A program made the translations under genes and the position numbers. The notes beneath the pieces were generated by a model. That model did not search any database. It had not been told where the DNA came from and was given only the letters and a program-made list of their open reading frames with translations. A stretch of DNA of 64,000 bases from Hydrolagus affinis. Taxonomy: Eukaryota. Numbering within the stretch: the first letter of the stretch is position 1; each line of letters opens with the position of its first letter. The stretch covers positions 1 to 64,000 of the forward strand of contig JAAILG010000398.1 of the NCBI GenBank assembly GCA_012026655.1, written 5' to 3'. This document shows, in pieces, positions 1-13,710 of the stretch.

Positions 1-1499
1 GATCACTAAGGTATAGATAATGAACATGGAATGATTTATTGTCAACATCAATTTTAGTGAGAGGGAATTGTCGAATCCGAAATGTGAAAAAGTATAGTAA
101 AGTTTAAATTACACCCCAGCGTATTAAAATGCAGGTGGTGCCTCAAAAACTCTGAGATTATCTCTGGTTAACAGTTGAGTTGGTGTTTAAGTGTTCTGAA
201 TTTCTAACATCTTGTGGCTTAAACCAATTTGCAGCTTTTTCCTCTCTTTCTCTGTTCACCCTCTTTTACTACATTGCAGCCATTTTTCTTTCCCATGTAA
301 TAAAATTTTGCACTTGCCACAGTCACTTCAATAATTCATGTTCTGTCTCAGCTTTCTATTAGATGTTATATGCGCTCCGTTTTTTAAAAGGACAGGAGGT
401 CAAACCAAATCGGACAAGATTCAATTGAGACAAAATGCAGTTATTCACAAATGAACTACAAAACTGAGTTTTGTAGAAATATTCTGATCTGCATTGAATT
501 ATACAGAGTGTATAGCACAGATACTAGTCATTCAACCTGTGCCTGAGATTTATACTTCACGCAAGAAGTCCAGCCCCCCCTAATCCCTATCCTATGCCCC
601 TTTCCCCAACTATGCATCCACATCATGTGTGCCAATTTTGAGATTGAATTCAGTTTGTTTGAATTCTTTATCGTAGTGCACTGTTCTTTCCCTTCCATGG
701 TACTGACAGAGTCAAAATTGTTGAACCTTTACAAATCTGACACTCATTTTCCATAGAAATGAACAAAATAATGGGGTGAAAATTGCAAAATGCAATAATT
801 AGCACCTTGCACACCACATTTTATTCCCCAGTTTTCTGAGCACATTATACCTCCATGAGAAAATAATGCAGAACCCACGAGGCCACAGAGGAAGTATGAT
901 TTATTGCACTGATTTCCAGGAGAAGCCAGGGAGAGCTATGAAAATGCATGTGAGGAAAAATATCATTAAATGATTTAAAACTAAGCCATTCTCACAATCC
1001 CTATCTACAAATGAGACTAAATAAAATACAAGGAAAAGAATGTTGCTAAACTTGGTCTAGAGTGGAAAATAGAAGTTGTGCTAAATGCTAGGTACGGAGA
1101 AGGAAATCAATCAGGAAAGACTCTGTCAAAACACCGAATGATCTGCACAATACATTGTTTGTGGAGGTGAGAGGTTCCGCCAAACTGAACAATTAACTGA
1201 GTTTAAATCTCTTTGTTGTAAGCAATACATCAAAGGGGTTAATGGAATAAAATTAGAGCAAACTTTGCAAATTTAGAGAATTAGTTAATTTTTTTTCCAG
1301 CAACATCTCCAACTGGCAATCAAATTGAAGCTATGGTTGTCTTGATTTCACTTTGTTATAGCTTGGAGACACGGACAACATACCGTAGGTCAGTACATCA
1401 AGACTCGGAATGAAATTTCCACACCATCATGATGATTCATTCAATCGCAAAAGCAGGGGTCCAATAATGAAGTTCGGTCCACAACAAAGGGTTCGAACA

Positions 1500-1735
1500 T
1501 TGAGGTGATGATTTTAAAAGCTTGGCAGCCAGGACTGGCCATATTGCTGTGATGCCAGAAGACTGTCTAATCGAAGCACATGCTCTACTTCCAGTTGAAA
1601 CAAAGGAAACAATCACTCAGATGTCAGCCCTGCACTTCAAGGATATGACCTCCAACTGTGGAGCATCACCACCAACACATTGGAGAGAGCTGTTGCTAAC
1701 AGAGGTGAATGGCATCGAGGCATCATCAGTGCTAT
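1500..1735 (+). mobile_element. Decayed RTE-clade LINE, C-terminal ORF fragment
   Basis: Joining frames across frameshifts gives GHIAVMPEDCL / KHMLYFQLKQRKQSLRCQP / LHFKD / ITTNTLERAVANRGEWHRGII. This matches the RTE C-terminal pattern GHvxRMpdxRlPKxlLYgeLxxGxRxxGxqxxRFKD...WExxAxdRxxWr. Confidence 0.7.
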
Positions 1736-1844
1736 TCATCATTTCAAGTCTCAGCACGGGGTTAGCAGCCCAAACAGAGAAAGTACAGTCAAGCCAACCT
1801 TTGTTTGTATCTGCAATTAGTATACGTATATAGTATATAGACAG

Positions 1845-2507
1845 GTGGATCAGACTGTTAAAAAGCATAAGGGATACTAGACTTTATAAATAGGGGCATA
1901 GAGTACAAAAGTCAGGAAGTTATGATTAACCTGAACACAACGTTGGTTAGGCCTCAGCTAGAGTACAATGTTCAGTTCTGGGCACCACACTTTAGGAAGG
2001 ATGTTAAGGCATTGGAAAGGGTGTAGAGATTTACCAGGATAGTACCGGGAATGAGGGACTTGGGTTATGAGGAAATCTGGAGAGGCTAGGATTATTCTCA
2101 ATGGAGCGGAGAAGGTTAAAAGGAGACCTAACAGAGGTATTCAAAATCATGAAGGGATTTTGATAGACTAAACAGGGAAAAACTGTTTCCACTGGTGGGT
2201 GTGTCAGTGACTCGAGGTCACAGGTTTAAAATAGTTTCTAAAACAAACAGAGGGGAGATGAGGAGAAATGTTTTCATGCAGCGAGTTGTTCGATTCTGGA
2301 ATGCATTGCCTGAAAGGGAGGTGGAGACCGATTTGATAACAACTTTTAAAGGAAAGGTGGATGGTTATTTGTAGAGGACAAGTTTGCGGGGTAATGGGGA
2401 GACAGCCGGGAAGTGGGATTGACTTTGAATAACTCTTTTCAAAGAGCCCGCACAGATACGAAGGGCTGAATGGTTTCCTTTTGTGCTGTAAAATAATATG
2501 ATTTTAT
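1845..2507 (+). mobile_element. CR1-clade LINE 3' portion (ORF2 C-terminus + 3' UTR), degenerate
   Basis: Translates to RGIEYKSQEVMINL..TLVRPQLEYNVQFWAPHFRKD and later RRLKGDLTEVFKIMKG. Ends in a CR1-type 3' UTR (aagggctgaatgg...atgattttatg). Confidence 0.93.
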
Positions 2508-2711
2508 GTGCTCATTTATATCTGTCTGTCACATTGAGTTTATCAATCATCAGAGGAGTCACCAGCATGTAACAATGCTAAACCCAGCAGGAACCCTGCT
2601 TCACATTTGATCTTCCTCAAATTTCATCAAATAAGTTAACAAATTTATACATACAATATAGTATATTTTGGAGGTGATTTTGAAGGTTAATTTGTTACCT
2701 GAAACCTTAAT

Positions 2712-2822
2712 AATAATCCTAATAATATTCCTGGCATTTAATATAGTGCTTTATCACGTTTTCGCAACATCTCAAAGTGCTTCACAGGAAATAATGTAAG
2801 GTGAATTGACTGTATATTTTGA
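2712..2822 (-). mobile_element. SINE 3' tail fragment
   Basis: Matches the SINE tail seen throughout the window (catctcaaagtgcttcacag...gtgaattgactgtat on +). Confidence 0.8.
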
Positions 2823-3525
2823 TATTTCTTTTGATTTCGATGAAACATTTCTGAAATGGTTATAAGGCAAACTGTATTCATGATTGGACCCAGGGGTGAG
2901 CTGGCTATTGGGAAATTTCCTCAGCGCCCCAATGAAAATGGCTACTGATCTTTAAAAACACATAGGCAGATTGATGAGCCACTATAAAGTTAGTTGGTTG
3001 AAATGCAAAAAAATCCCCTTTAGAAAGAGATATTTAATGGGTTTTTTTGTCGTGGTAAGCATCGGGATTCAAATGTATTGGTATAAGAATCACAACCAGA
3101 ACAGAGGCCTAAACATAGTGTGAAACAGCGGTGGCCAAAGTCAGTACAAGTTCAAGCAATTCAACATTATTTCTGTAAGGGCTGAGTGAATGTATTTAAA
3201 AGGAATGTGATTGATCCAATATCTACAAGAACTTATGTAGGTCAACTTGCCCCCTCCCATTGCAACAATTTTCTAAACATAGAAATGCTCTTGGGCTTAC
3301 CCTGCTCTTTGTGTAAATTTATTATTTAACTTGTCCATTAAAAAAGTGATGAATTGGATTTGTATGAAGGAAAATGAAAACCAGACTTTGCTGCAGCTAA
3401 AGCAAATTGGGCTTAAAGAAGAAGAGCTCTTTGATTTGGTGCAAATTAAGTCACCACTTCACAATGTAAGTTACAGTCCATTATTAAGCCCTTGTGACAT
3501 GCGGTACAGTAGATGGCGGCAATTT

Positions 3526-3590
3526 CAGCGCCTTGAGACGTCCTCCTGATGTGAAAGGCGCTACACAAATGTAATTGTATTGTTGTTGTT
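3526..3590 (+). mobile_element. Ultra-short L2 3' tail (stem-loop + TTG repeat)
   Basis: cagcgccttgagacgtcctcctgatgtgaaaggcgct...tgttgttgtt, closely matching the end of the long L2 copy ending at 48312. Confidence 0.85.
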
Positions 3591-4964
3591 ATTTACAAAT
3601 CTGATTTGAAGAAGTTTCCTGATTTGCCCTTATGTTGTACAATGGCAATTTAAACCAGGAGAAAGCAAATACAATAATTTTGTTTCTTTTTCAGTTTCAC
3701 AATGGCAATAGGGTGATATAATAACATCAAACATCCTGTTTGCATCCAACTTTGCATCTCCCACCACCACAAAGGGTGCATAAGCAAATAATAGAAACAA
3801 CACTATTTATGACCGAAAAATTAATGACCGCATAAATGCCTTGCAAATTAACCAATACAATTTTTTAAAAATGGATTGTTCAGTTCTTGAGACTCCTAAG
3901 CAGGACTACTGCTTTGCCACTTTCATAAAACATTCAAGCAATGGAACCCGTTGTTTAAGGATAAGGTTAGCTATCCACTGCAACTGACGCGCCAATTGCC
4001 GTAGAAGGTTCGGATCTGGTAATTGTAGTAAATATCATAAATAATAATCACGTAATCACCCACTTAATCACACTGAAATGTCTCAAAGCAATTTGATTAA
4101 TAAGCTACTTTAGGAATGCCTTTTTCCTCGAAAAAGTTAAATTACTGTGAAAAGTTACAAAGATTAATAATTCTAAAATGATCTTCAACTTAAAATTATT
4201 AACATGGCTTAAAGGTGCATCATGAGTCATGTTACATCCAACTCTCCCGCTGGAGTATGCAAGACTGCCTTCTAGTGTTTAATTAAATGAGATGCTGGCT
4301 TGCATATGTGATGCATACTTAGGAACTGTTGCAATGATGTTGTGATTTATAACAGCTTTGACATGTATAGATTTTCTTGCTTGTGTTTCACGTGCAAAGT
4401 TATTCTAATGTAATATTGTACTGGTTACCATGGTGGCAGTGTAGTGCGGCACTAATATGGTTTGACAAATCGGCAGAATGGTAACTGCAGCCCTCTGGTG
4501 CTGCTCTATTGAAGTTTGATGCAAAAATACTCATTTAAAGGCAGGTTGGGAGAGTGGAGAGCAGTTAGAGATGAGGGATTTTAGATATGGAGGGTGGTAC
4601 GACAAGAAACCCTGATAAATTGAAAAAAAAAGGCAGAAACAATAGTACCCTCAGGGCTAGGGCATAGATGTTAAATGAAATAAATGTTTGTTCCCTCAAT
4701 GTCTGATTTATCTTCTAGTCAGGGGCCAAAGGACTATTGTGAGGATAATGTGCTATTCCACAGAATGTTAGCTTATGCGTAAAGCATAATGAGATAATTA
4801 TGGGCTATCGTTCTCTGCATATACAAATGATGACAAAAGGATAATTTGTTTGACAGTAAACATGCTCTGAGTTGCTAACCCTGTGAAGGGGGCAATGTAA
4901 TTACAAGTTGTTGTTGTTATTATCAATTAACTCTTTGAGAACGACTGTATCAAACAACAATAAT

Positions 4965-5130
4965 AAATTGTTAATTTCAATCCAGGACTGTTTGTGGGAC
5001 ACTGCTGTGCACAATTGGCTGCTGCATTTTTCCCACCAGTATACAGTCTATTCAATTTACAGTACATTCTGTGAAGCGCTTTGAGACGTCTAGAAGATGT
5101 GAAAATGCAAGGATTATTATATATATTATA
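4965..5130 (+). mobile_element. SINE 3' half
   Basis: gactgtttgtgggacactgctgtgcacaattggctgc...gaagcgctttgagacgtctagaag...gcaaggattatta. Confidence 0.9.
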
Positions 5131-6886
5131 TTTCCAAACCCAAATAATTAAGCATTAGAAAGTTTCTTTTGTGTTAATTGATGAGGAAGCTTTTCCTGAA
5201 ATTAATTTCTCTATAGAGTAATCAAACAACAACTAGCTGTTCTGCTTTGAAATCTTTTCTACGAAAGCAGATTGTACAATGCCGAGCTAATTATTTAAAA
5301 TCTTTAGTCTGACATGGAGTTAGTATGAAGTAAAAAAAAAAGCACAATTTGTGAAATGAAATGTGAATATTTTACTGTCATAAAATAATTGGCTTTAACA
5401 TTAATCTAAATTAACTTCAGATCACATCTTTTGGAATGACTGTCAGTCACTTGCTAAAATTAAAGTCTTGTTGTCCTGATCTCTAGTCCCTCTGTGGGGA
5501 TCATCCAATTAATGCCAACTCTATAGAGACTTTTACACTTGCTGTTATGTGTGATAAGATTCATGCTTACTCTATGTTTCAAACATTAATTCAATGTTAT
5601 TAATTGCAGGAGTTTAATTTCTTCATTTAGTTTGGCTTTTCATATTTGCAAACTCTTTAATGTTATGCAATCAACAAATATAATTCAGAACTACCTAAAA
5701 AATATATGAGTCTTGTGATGATATCAAATCACTGTGAAGGAGAAGTGTCGGAGAAGTGTTGGTCTCTTAACATCAGACACCAGAGTGAAATCAGCAACGT
5801 CTTAAAAATGTGTTCAGAGTGATATTTATCTTATCGAGCATGTTATGAAACACTACTATTTTCATTCCTACATCTCAAAACGCAAACCCATAATGAACAA
5901 CTTTCAAGTAATAAAGCTTTCTTGCTCCCAGAAACATAACTTATTAATGGATGCTTGTTTGGGTCATTTTTTAAATCAACCTTGTGTGGTTCATAAAATC
6001 CAACAGGACAGAATAGACCCTTTGCTTAATTTGGGCGGAAGAAACATGCTGTGGATAGCTAATGGATGTGTGCGGCATTTCACATGCAAAGGGTTTTGTC
6101 ATGTTACTTTTTCATAATAAGGTCAGATGATGTTACTGCCTGCGATCGAACTGCTGGTGTGATTTTTGTTTGGATCTATCATCACCGAAATATTCTACTG
6201 GGAGGCAAGGGATTTGGATGACGATACACTAAGGTATTGATTTAGCTGGAACTTAGTTCCTTTCAAAGAGTGAAGTATGCTGCAGTATTACTGAATTAAG
6301 GAATTGTTAAGGCACATGGTGGGAAATTGACTAATTTGTCACCGTTATTTAAACAAACATCAACATTCAACTCCATCATCGATCTAGGGGCACGCTTAGT
6401 CGTATTTGCATTATATTGATGTCTGGGCCTGTACGGTTGACGAGGGCACTTTGTTTTGTCAGATTTTATGCAAATACATCTAACCCATTGTGTGGTTAAC
6501 CTGATGAGGGTAAAAGCACAGTACATACTTTGTATGCACTCAGCAGTAATCCTGTAATGTTGTATGCTGTTGACTAATTGGCACTGCCAAGTCTTGCCAC
6601 GTCCTCATGGTGTCACTTTAGAAGCTCCCGTAACCTCAGGCATGACAACGAGTGCCAACTATACTCTTTGATTTCTCGAGTTTATCAGTTTCCTGAAATA
6701 GAGGAGTGGGACCACCGGCACTGCAAGAGATGAACTCTATTGTATCCTTTCCAGTTATAACACTATATTTGACAGTCATTAACCTGGTCCTCTGTGCAGA
6801 GCGAGGCATTTAAAATCAAATTCAGGCTGCGTTATCAGTCCTCTCCTCTCTTTAAACATTGATTCTTATTCTGTTATGCTCTAACA

Positions 6887-6902
6887 GGGCGGGCGGGCGG
6901 GC
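6887..6902 (+). repeat. (GGGC)4 tandem; overlapping GC boxes / G-quadruplex motif
   Basis: gggcgggcgggcgggc read directly from the sequence. Confidence 0.8.
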
Positions 6903-7589
6903 AGTGAAGCCATCAGGAGAGTAAGAGCAATTCTAATATAATCACTGTTATTTCTGGTAACATTTCTGTGTCTACGCAAATCAGCTTCTTTGCTGTATGT
7001 AATTTACTTTGTGTAACCAATCTCATTGTCCTCTTAGGAGATTTTTTTTGGCCATTTTTATTCTTAGGAGCTCTACTAAAGTACTGAGGGTGTGTGAGGT
7101 TGAAGCATTTTCTGTAAGTTGTAATAGCTGGCCTGACGACACCTCCTTTATCAGCTTGCAACCCACCATAGACGCTGAATTATTGCAGCATCAGCAATAA
7201 GAACGTAACACAAGCACAAGACAAAGAAAAACAGTTAACTCACCAAAGTCCAATGCCTCCAATCCACTGAAATCCTATTTGTTGCAACACAGACTACATT
7301 TCAATCTCTGGAGAAAAGCTCCAGACAGCACCTCCCTGAACTGCAAGTTAATCAAAGCCAGAAAACGTTTCTGCCATTTTCAAATCCCCAACATTTAAAC
7401 CTGGTCCTTTTTATCATCATAGATAACATTTTTTGTCTCCCGACCCCATTTGTACCACAATCTTTGGGGTCCATTGTATGGAGATTTTTTTTTACTAGAT
7501 GTATTAATAAAGAAAATGGAAATGGAAGATGGAAAGTACGTCAAGTAGATATTGTACTGAAGTCTTTAGAACTCTATCCCACTGTCCCT

Positions 7590-7785
7590 TTGTTTTGTTC
7601 CCTCCCTTACCTCCTTCAAGACGCTCCTCTTCGACCGCGCCTTCTTTGCCCTTCTACCCATACTTTCCCTGCCCTCGGCCCCACCTGATCCCAACTTCCT
7701 GCTCAGTCCAACTCACTAACTCGCCAGTGCCATGGGATGTCCTCCCAAAGTGAAAGATGCTATAACAATGAAATTTGTTGTTGAA
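7590..7785 (+). mobile_element. L2 3' end fragment
   Basis: C-rich L2 end (cctccttcaagacgctcctcttcgacc) followed by gggatgtcctcccaaagtgaaagatgctata...ttgttgttg. Confidence 0.8.
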
Positions 7786-8039
7786 ACAAATTCTAATCTC
7801 ACTCTTTCCTGTGCTACACACTCTTTCAATCAGTGGTCAAACATTGGATCTCAAACATTGATTTTTTATCTTCCTATACTTTTAATTGGTCATCTGAGAA
7901 TGTAAGTTTTCTTCTCTTATGGCTGGAAAAAAAATGTGATATGTGAGGGAATGACATATCAGCTCTTTAACCACAACGTCTTCATAAAGATGCCAACAGA
8001 TTTGTTCCAATTTGTGACAATGCTTCCCTGTTGCATATT

Positions 8040-8183
8040 AGGTGGAAGAGGACCTTAAATAGCTTGACCCCCAGCTCGGCATCAGACTTTGCCACTTTAA
8101 AGCACTCCAAGATGCTGATCCACATGGTGTGGGGGGGAGGTGGGGTGGTGGGAGGGCGCTATATAAATGTATGTTGTTGTTGA
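8040..8183 (+). mobile_element. L2 3' end fragment
   Basis: Ends ggagggcgctatataaatgtatgttgttgttg, an L2-type terminus. Confidence 0.7.
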
Positions 8184-11100
8184 CTCTCATGTGTGGGTTG
8201 GGATACCATGGTGGCCAGATAATTAGTTACTGTGATTCTCTAGAATAACATAATTCGCTTTTCTCACTTGTTGTTTCTCTTTTAGAGAAAAGGAACCGGG
8301 CCATTACCTGCTGGTTATGTTGGCAATATCACAACAACAAACCAATCAATCTTGGATAATAGGACAACCTCTCTTATGTGTTATCTAAATGAAACCCCAA
8401 AGTTCTCAGGAGCAAAACATTGGTTTCGATGAAGAAGGCCCTTCAGTCCAATTGATCTCATCCTCCAGAATACAGTCTGATTTCGAAAGGAATTTGGAAC
8501 AGGAAGGATGTGAATGTGCTGGTCCAGAATCCCGATGAGATGCATCACTATGTCTTTGCTGGTTGAATGCTTTGCATCAGGTCTGCTTCACCGTGCATGC
8601 AAAGCGTTCGGTGAACCGTGTCGCTAGAAACTGTTGTGTGAGATCAGTTTGGGTTTTCTTTTGCCATTTCCTGCTTTTGACTTTTACTTTGGCATCAACA
8701 GTGTCCATAGGGATGAGATAATTGCCCTGCTCATTGAGTCGCAACAGAAATATGTTGACCTGCTCGTGTTCCTTTAAGGGGAGGTGGGAGGAGCAGCCAC
8801 ATGCCCACCATCTGCTCTGGGCATTCAACCAGCATGTTACTAAGTCCAATATATAGAACAAACCTAACAGGCTTAAACTGTAAAACTGCAGTATTCTGAT
8901 TAGAGAAATGGCAAAACTTTGCAGTTGCAATTTTTATTTCACAAGTCAAAAATGATTTCAGAATTAATAATTGCAATTAGATGGGTGGGCAGGTAAACAT
9001 GCAGCAAAAAGGAATCTTAAGGTCTCCTTAACAATTTGCCAAAGTCTCTATTGCTCTGAAATGAATAAATCTAGACCCAGATGGGATTTCTACCCATTCC
9101 TCTCATCTGAAAAGGTAATCATAGAACATATAAATGAACAAATAATCTGTCTGATCTGTATGACCATTAGCTTAATATTGGAAAATGAACAGTTTTTTAG
9201 GATTTGAATACAATTTTGTAATTCAGCTGCCATTTTGCTAGCCACACATTTTATTTTTTTAATACACTTTGATGGCAAAATACTGCAGCTGCCAGGTTTC
9301 CTGAGCACTCATTTATCAGTTATTGCCTACAGGGTCATAGTCTGGACATACAGAGTAGTACATCAGACACGGTGGAATTTAATGCTGTCCTCATTGCCTT
9401 CACCAATGGAATTTCAAAGGGTTTGAGAGAATGAATGATAACATTCTGGAGTGAACGGTTGCTGAGTGTGATAAGCAGTTTAACAAAAGAAGCAAAATGT
9501 CTCCCAAGTAAATTGCATAATATTATGAGGTACTCTCCAATCAGTATATATCTCCGGCATCATGAAATCTCATAGTTTCACTGACCATGTAAATGTCCTA
9601 TTCCTAGTCTACTTGTAGTGTTTAGTGGTGAGATATGTAATGTGACAGCTTAACATCATCCACAAAGGCTGATGTACCCAGATACCTTCTTTATTTATTT
9701 TATTGGTGAGAATCCTAACGTAAAGTTTGGGAAGAAACCATGAATATTTTTCTAAAATGCTCTGAATTTCATAAAGCTTTGAAAAACACATTGATTTATT
9801 TCACTATAATTGCTTGAGTTCTCTGACAAAGCTTCCTGTAAGGCAATGTTGCTTGTAAGAAATGCACCTTTCAGTTTGATATATTGCTTCACTAACATAA
9901 ATAGTTCAGAGTCAGTAAAACATAATTTGTGTGATGCATTTTGCTTAGTCGCTATTTTACACCCTTAACCATCAAAGACTAATACCCCACATTCACATGC
10001 CAAGTCCCTATTTTTGCCTCTCAGATTGGCAAATTCAAATAATCTCAGTTTATATCAAATCATACATCTTACTTTACACTAGCACAGAATCCAGAGGCTT
10101 GGTGGTAACAAAACATAGTTAATGCGGAATAATTAAAGTCCCTTTGTTCCCTAAAGTCAATATATGGGGTTTCTTGACTTAAAATATTGATGGACTTTTC
10201 TTTTAAAGCGAAGGTAGCAACACAATGGCACATTGCTCCGAGATTACGCTATGCTCTATATTTTGCAGCAACAACAAGAAGCAATGTGCTGTTTACAGTG
10301 GTCCATTTATCATGGAGAATTTTCTTCAAATTCAGATTCTGTTTTTTTTTGCACTAACAACAATCAACACCGCAACAACTTTGACCCATAGGATTTTACA
10401 GCCTATTTTAGTCACATAAAGCAACTGAAATATTACCCTGACAAATTACTTTAGATTTATTTTCTTTCTCTGACTCAATACTCTCATGCTTTTGTTTGCT
10501 TCTACTTATTTCCCCCCAGCGTGCTCAAAAGCCAGCTCAAGGCCATATACACATTTTATCCAAAGAGAAACACAATACTGTAAGGTGTTATTATTACAAA
10601 CTTAACAAAGAGAACTTAGTCTACAGTCCACAGAAAAACTTGACAAAATGATACAACGAAGTGAAAGAAATCATGGCTATGCAGATTGACTGAGATTGCA
10701 ATAAATTCCAATGGTTGGTTTTAAAGCATCCTGTACATTTTGTTCACTAATAACTATGTTTTGTGGAATGTAGAAGAAAATATTTTTGCTCAGACAAAAC
10801 TAAGGTTTTTAAAAAATTAATGATGGCAACAACATTTCTCTGAGAACACTGACACTGGCACATACAATGAGGCACTTTATATTTCCAACATAAACACTGG
10901 AAGTACTTTCATATCTAAAGCATGTTGTTCTTGTGCCGCTATTAGTATTATGAATCTGTGGGCCTACCCTTGCTACCAACCCACAATGGAAACAATGCAA
11001 TCTTCCTGGTTGTGATGAACATATCTGGACACTTTTCAATATCAGATCCTATTTGCCTTCAGGTTGCTGCTGTCGATCAACTAAAACACAGTTCTAATTT

Positions 11101-11225
11101 TCTCTTTATTTTGTAGAGAATGTTTTTTGTTTTTATCTTACATTTTGTCAAATCAATTGCTACTGCTGGAAATATTTAGATAATGAGTTTCTAACCTCAG
11201 AATCAGGGTTACTATCTGTAGCAAG

Positions 11226-11280
11226 AACAAAATTATATTGTACAACACCTTTCACATCGGGAGGACATCCCAAGATGCTG
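11226..11280 (-). mobile_element. Ultra-short L2 3' tail
   Basis: aacaaaatta...cctttcacatcgggaggacatcccaagatgctg is the reverse complement of the L2 stem-loop tail. Confidence 0.8.
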
Positions 11281-11507
11281 GTATTGTTCCTACAATAATA
11301 TTCCTTGTGTTTGATATAGTAGCTTTCACATCTCAAAGCATATATTGTAAATTGAAGTGATTGTTCACTGAAAAATATACTTTTTAAAAATATATAAGTA
11401 CACTTAACAAACGCAATACCAAACTAACCAAATGCAGAGCCCACAACAACGGTATATTTATATATTTTAAAGTGGCTTATCCTGGGTCAGGCGGTAGGGA
11501 AAAGGGT

Positions 11508-11590
11508 TACTGTATATTCTGTGAAGCGCTTTGAGATGTCTGGGAAATGTGAAAAGCTCTATCAAATGCAAGGATTATTATGATTATTAC
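11508..11590 (+). mobile_element. SINE 3' tail
   Basis: tatattctgtgaagcgctttgagatgtc...atcaaatgcaaggattatta. Confidence 0.85.
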
Positions 11591-11974
11591 CATAAATATT
11601 ATTACATGGAAGAGTGTCAACCTGGGAATGACAGTCTGTATGAGCGATCTGTTGGCAGTGTGTATCTTCTATTTGTCTCTGAGTGTTTTTGGTTTTCTCT
11701 TCCTCGCTTTATTGCATTGTCCCCTTCTCTGTCCCTATCTCATCTCTGTGTGAGTTTATTGATATATTCTAACATTGCATTATTCATTAGAAACTATTGA
11801 TGAGACTCATCAATTCCCTTGTTGCCACCACAGCAACATGAAAGAACAATTCACTGAAATGATTTGCACTGTGTGGATGAACAAAAGGGCTTGAATTAAA
11901 TAACCCAATACTGTAACTGTGAATCCACTGATTCTGCACTGGTTCTTTTAGTCCACTAGGATATCAAATATAAT

Positions 11975-13710
11975 ATTACTAATAATAATCCTAGCAATTG
12001 ATATAGTCCCTTCAAAACGTCTCAAAACACTTCACAGATTATACTGTAAAGTAAATTGACTATATTTTGTGGGCGAAACACGGATACCGATTGTGCATGG
12101 GGCAATGTAAAACAGTACAAGCAGGATTAACTGGATTGACTGACCAATTTAAAAATAAACATTTTTGCACAGTAACCTGTAACAAAAGTAAAAAAAAACA
12201 ATATTAGGTCAATTTTGTGGGATTTCTAAATGGTTTTCTTATTTGAGAAATCTAGGTCCGTGATGTGGACTTATTGCAATGCCATTCCAACTCAATGAAT
12301 TTTTGCAACAGGGTTCCTTGGACTCTGAGGAATGTTCACTAAGAATTTTTGGGTACCAGAAGGAATCCCCACCAGGATTTCTTAATAAAGGCATTTCTTA
12401 ATCAAGAAATCCATTAACAAATATTGCACAATTAATCCTTGTATTTCAAAGTCAAATCCAATGGAGATATTTAAATAAATGATTTGGTTTCACTCAATGT
12501 CCCCAGCACAGAAGGGATGAAAGTTTATTAAAGTTCTAAACAGAATAATAAAATGGTGATTTTCTTTTCATAATCATACTCCTTGCTCCCTTCTTATCTT
12601 CAGTTTGCCAAGTCCTCTTGCTCACATCTGAAATGATTATCAGTGATCATCAGTATAATATCTAAATAATACTACTAATAATCCTTGCATTTGATAAAGT
12701 GCTTTTCATGTCTTCTAGATGTCTCAAAGCGCTTCACAGAATATATTGTAAAGTGAATTGACTGTATACTTGTGGGTGAAATGCAGCAGCCAATTGCGCA
12801 CAGCAGTGTCCCACAAACAGGCATGGATTGAAGTGACCAATTAATTATTGTGTTTTTTTTTAGGGATTATTATTAGGTGTGTGGATTAAGGATATTTTCA
12901 ATATTTTCTTTTTTTTATATTTATTATATTTTCTATATTTATTATTATTATCCTTGCATTTGATATAGCGCTTTCCACATCTTATCAACGTCCCAAAGCG
13001 CTTCACAGAATATACTGTAAAGTGAATTGACTGTATATGTTCATTTATATATTCTGAAAGTGGAGTACAAATTCTATTGAAGGGAAGGCCATTCCTGGGT
13101 TGGAAAGAGCTGAAATCTACATATGATCAGAGCATATTAAAGTGTTTCCTCTGAGTCTATGCTGTCACCTGTTGGTTGAATAATGATGGCCGTTTGCATA
13201 ATTTAATGAAATAGATGAGCCGAGTTTAAAATCATATTTACTTGTAATTTATATAATGCATCCTCTCATGTGATGGAAGATTTTAGTCAAAATGATAACA
13301 AAAAGATAAATTTCAGTCAGCTATGGAAGTGTCAACAATTATTCAAATCCAGAAAAAAATGACTGTTAATGCAAAAGTCTGAGAAGTGTTTGCAAACCCC
13401 AACATAAATCACTCTTCTTTCTTCAGCATTCTAATTTTTCATTTGGAAATTTCTGAATGCAGAGACAAAAGAAATTGGTTTATCAGTAATAATAATCCTT
13501 GCATTTTTTTTCATATAGCGCTTTCAAGTCTTCTAGACGTAATCTCATTGTTTCTCATCTATTCAAAAGGTTTTATGAGATATAAAACAATAATCCGTAT
13601 ATATGATATAGGTGTTATCAGATTGTCGAAACAACTCAAAATGCTTCACAAGATTTACTGTAAAGAGTAGTTAAGTACAGTATTTTGTAGGCTAACACAG
13701 CAGACTAATT
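11975..13710 (-). mobile_element. Cluster of five same-orientation SINE 3' fragments (~11975-12150, 12672-12890, 12940-13040, 13487-13545, 13590-13710)
   Basis: Most begin on + with taataatcc(ttgcatttgatatag) and continue into ctcaaagcgcttcacagaatatactgtaaagtg. Confidence 0.85.

Noticed and set aside
8577-8930. 117-aa minus-strand ORF as a terminal coding exon (GNYLIPMDTVDAKVKVKSRKWQKK...)
   Set aside because: No recognisable domain, weak acceptor context and no partner exons.
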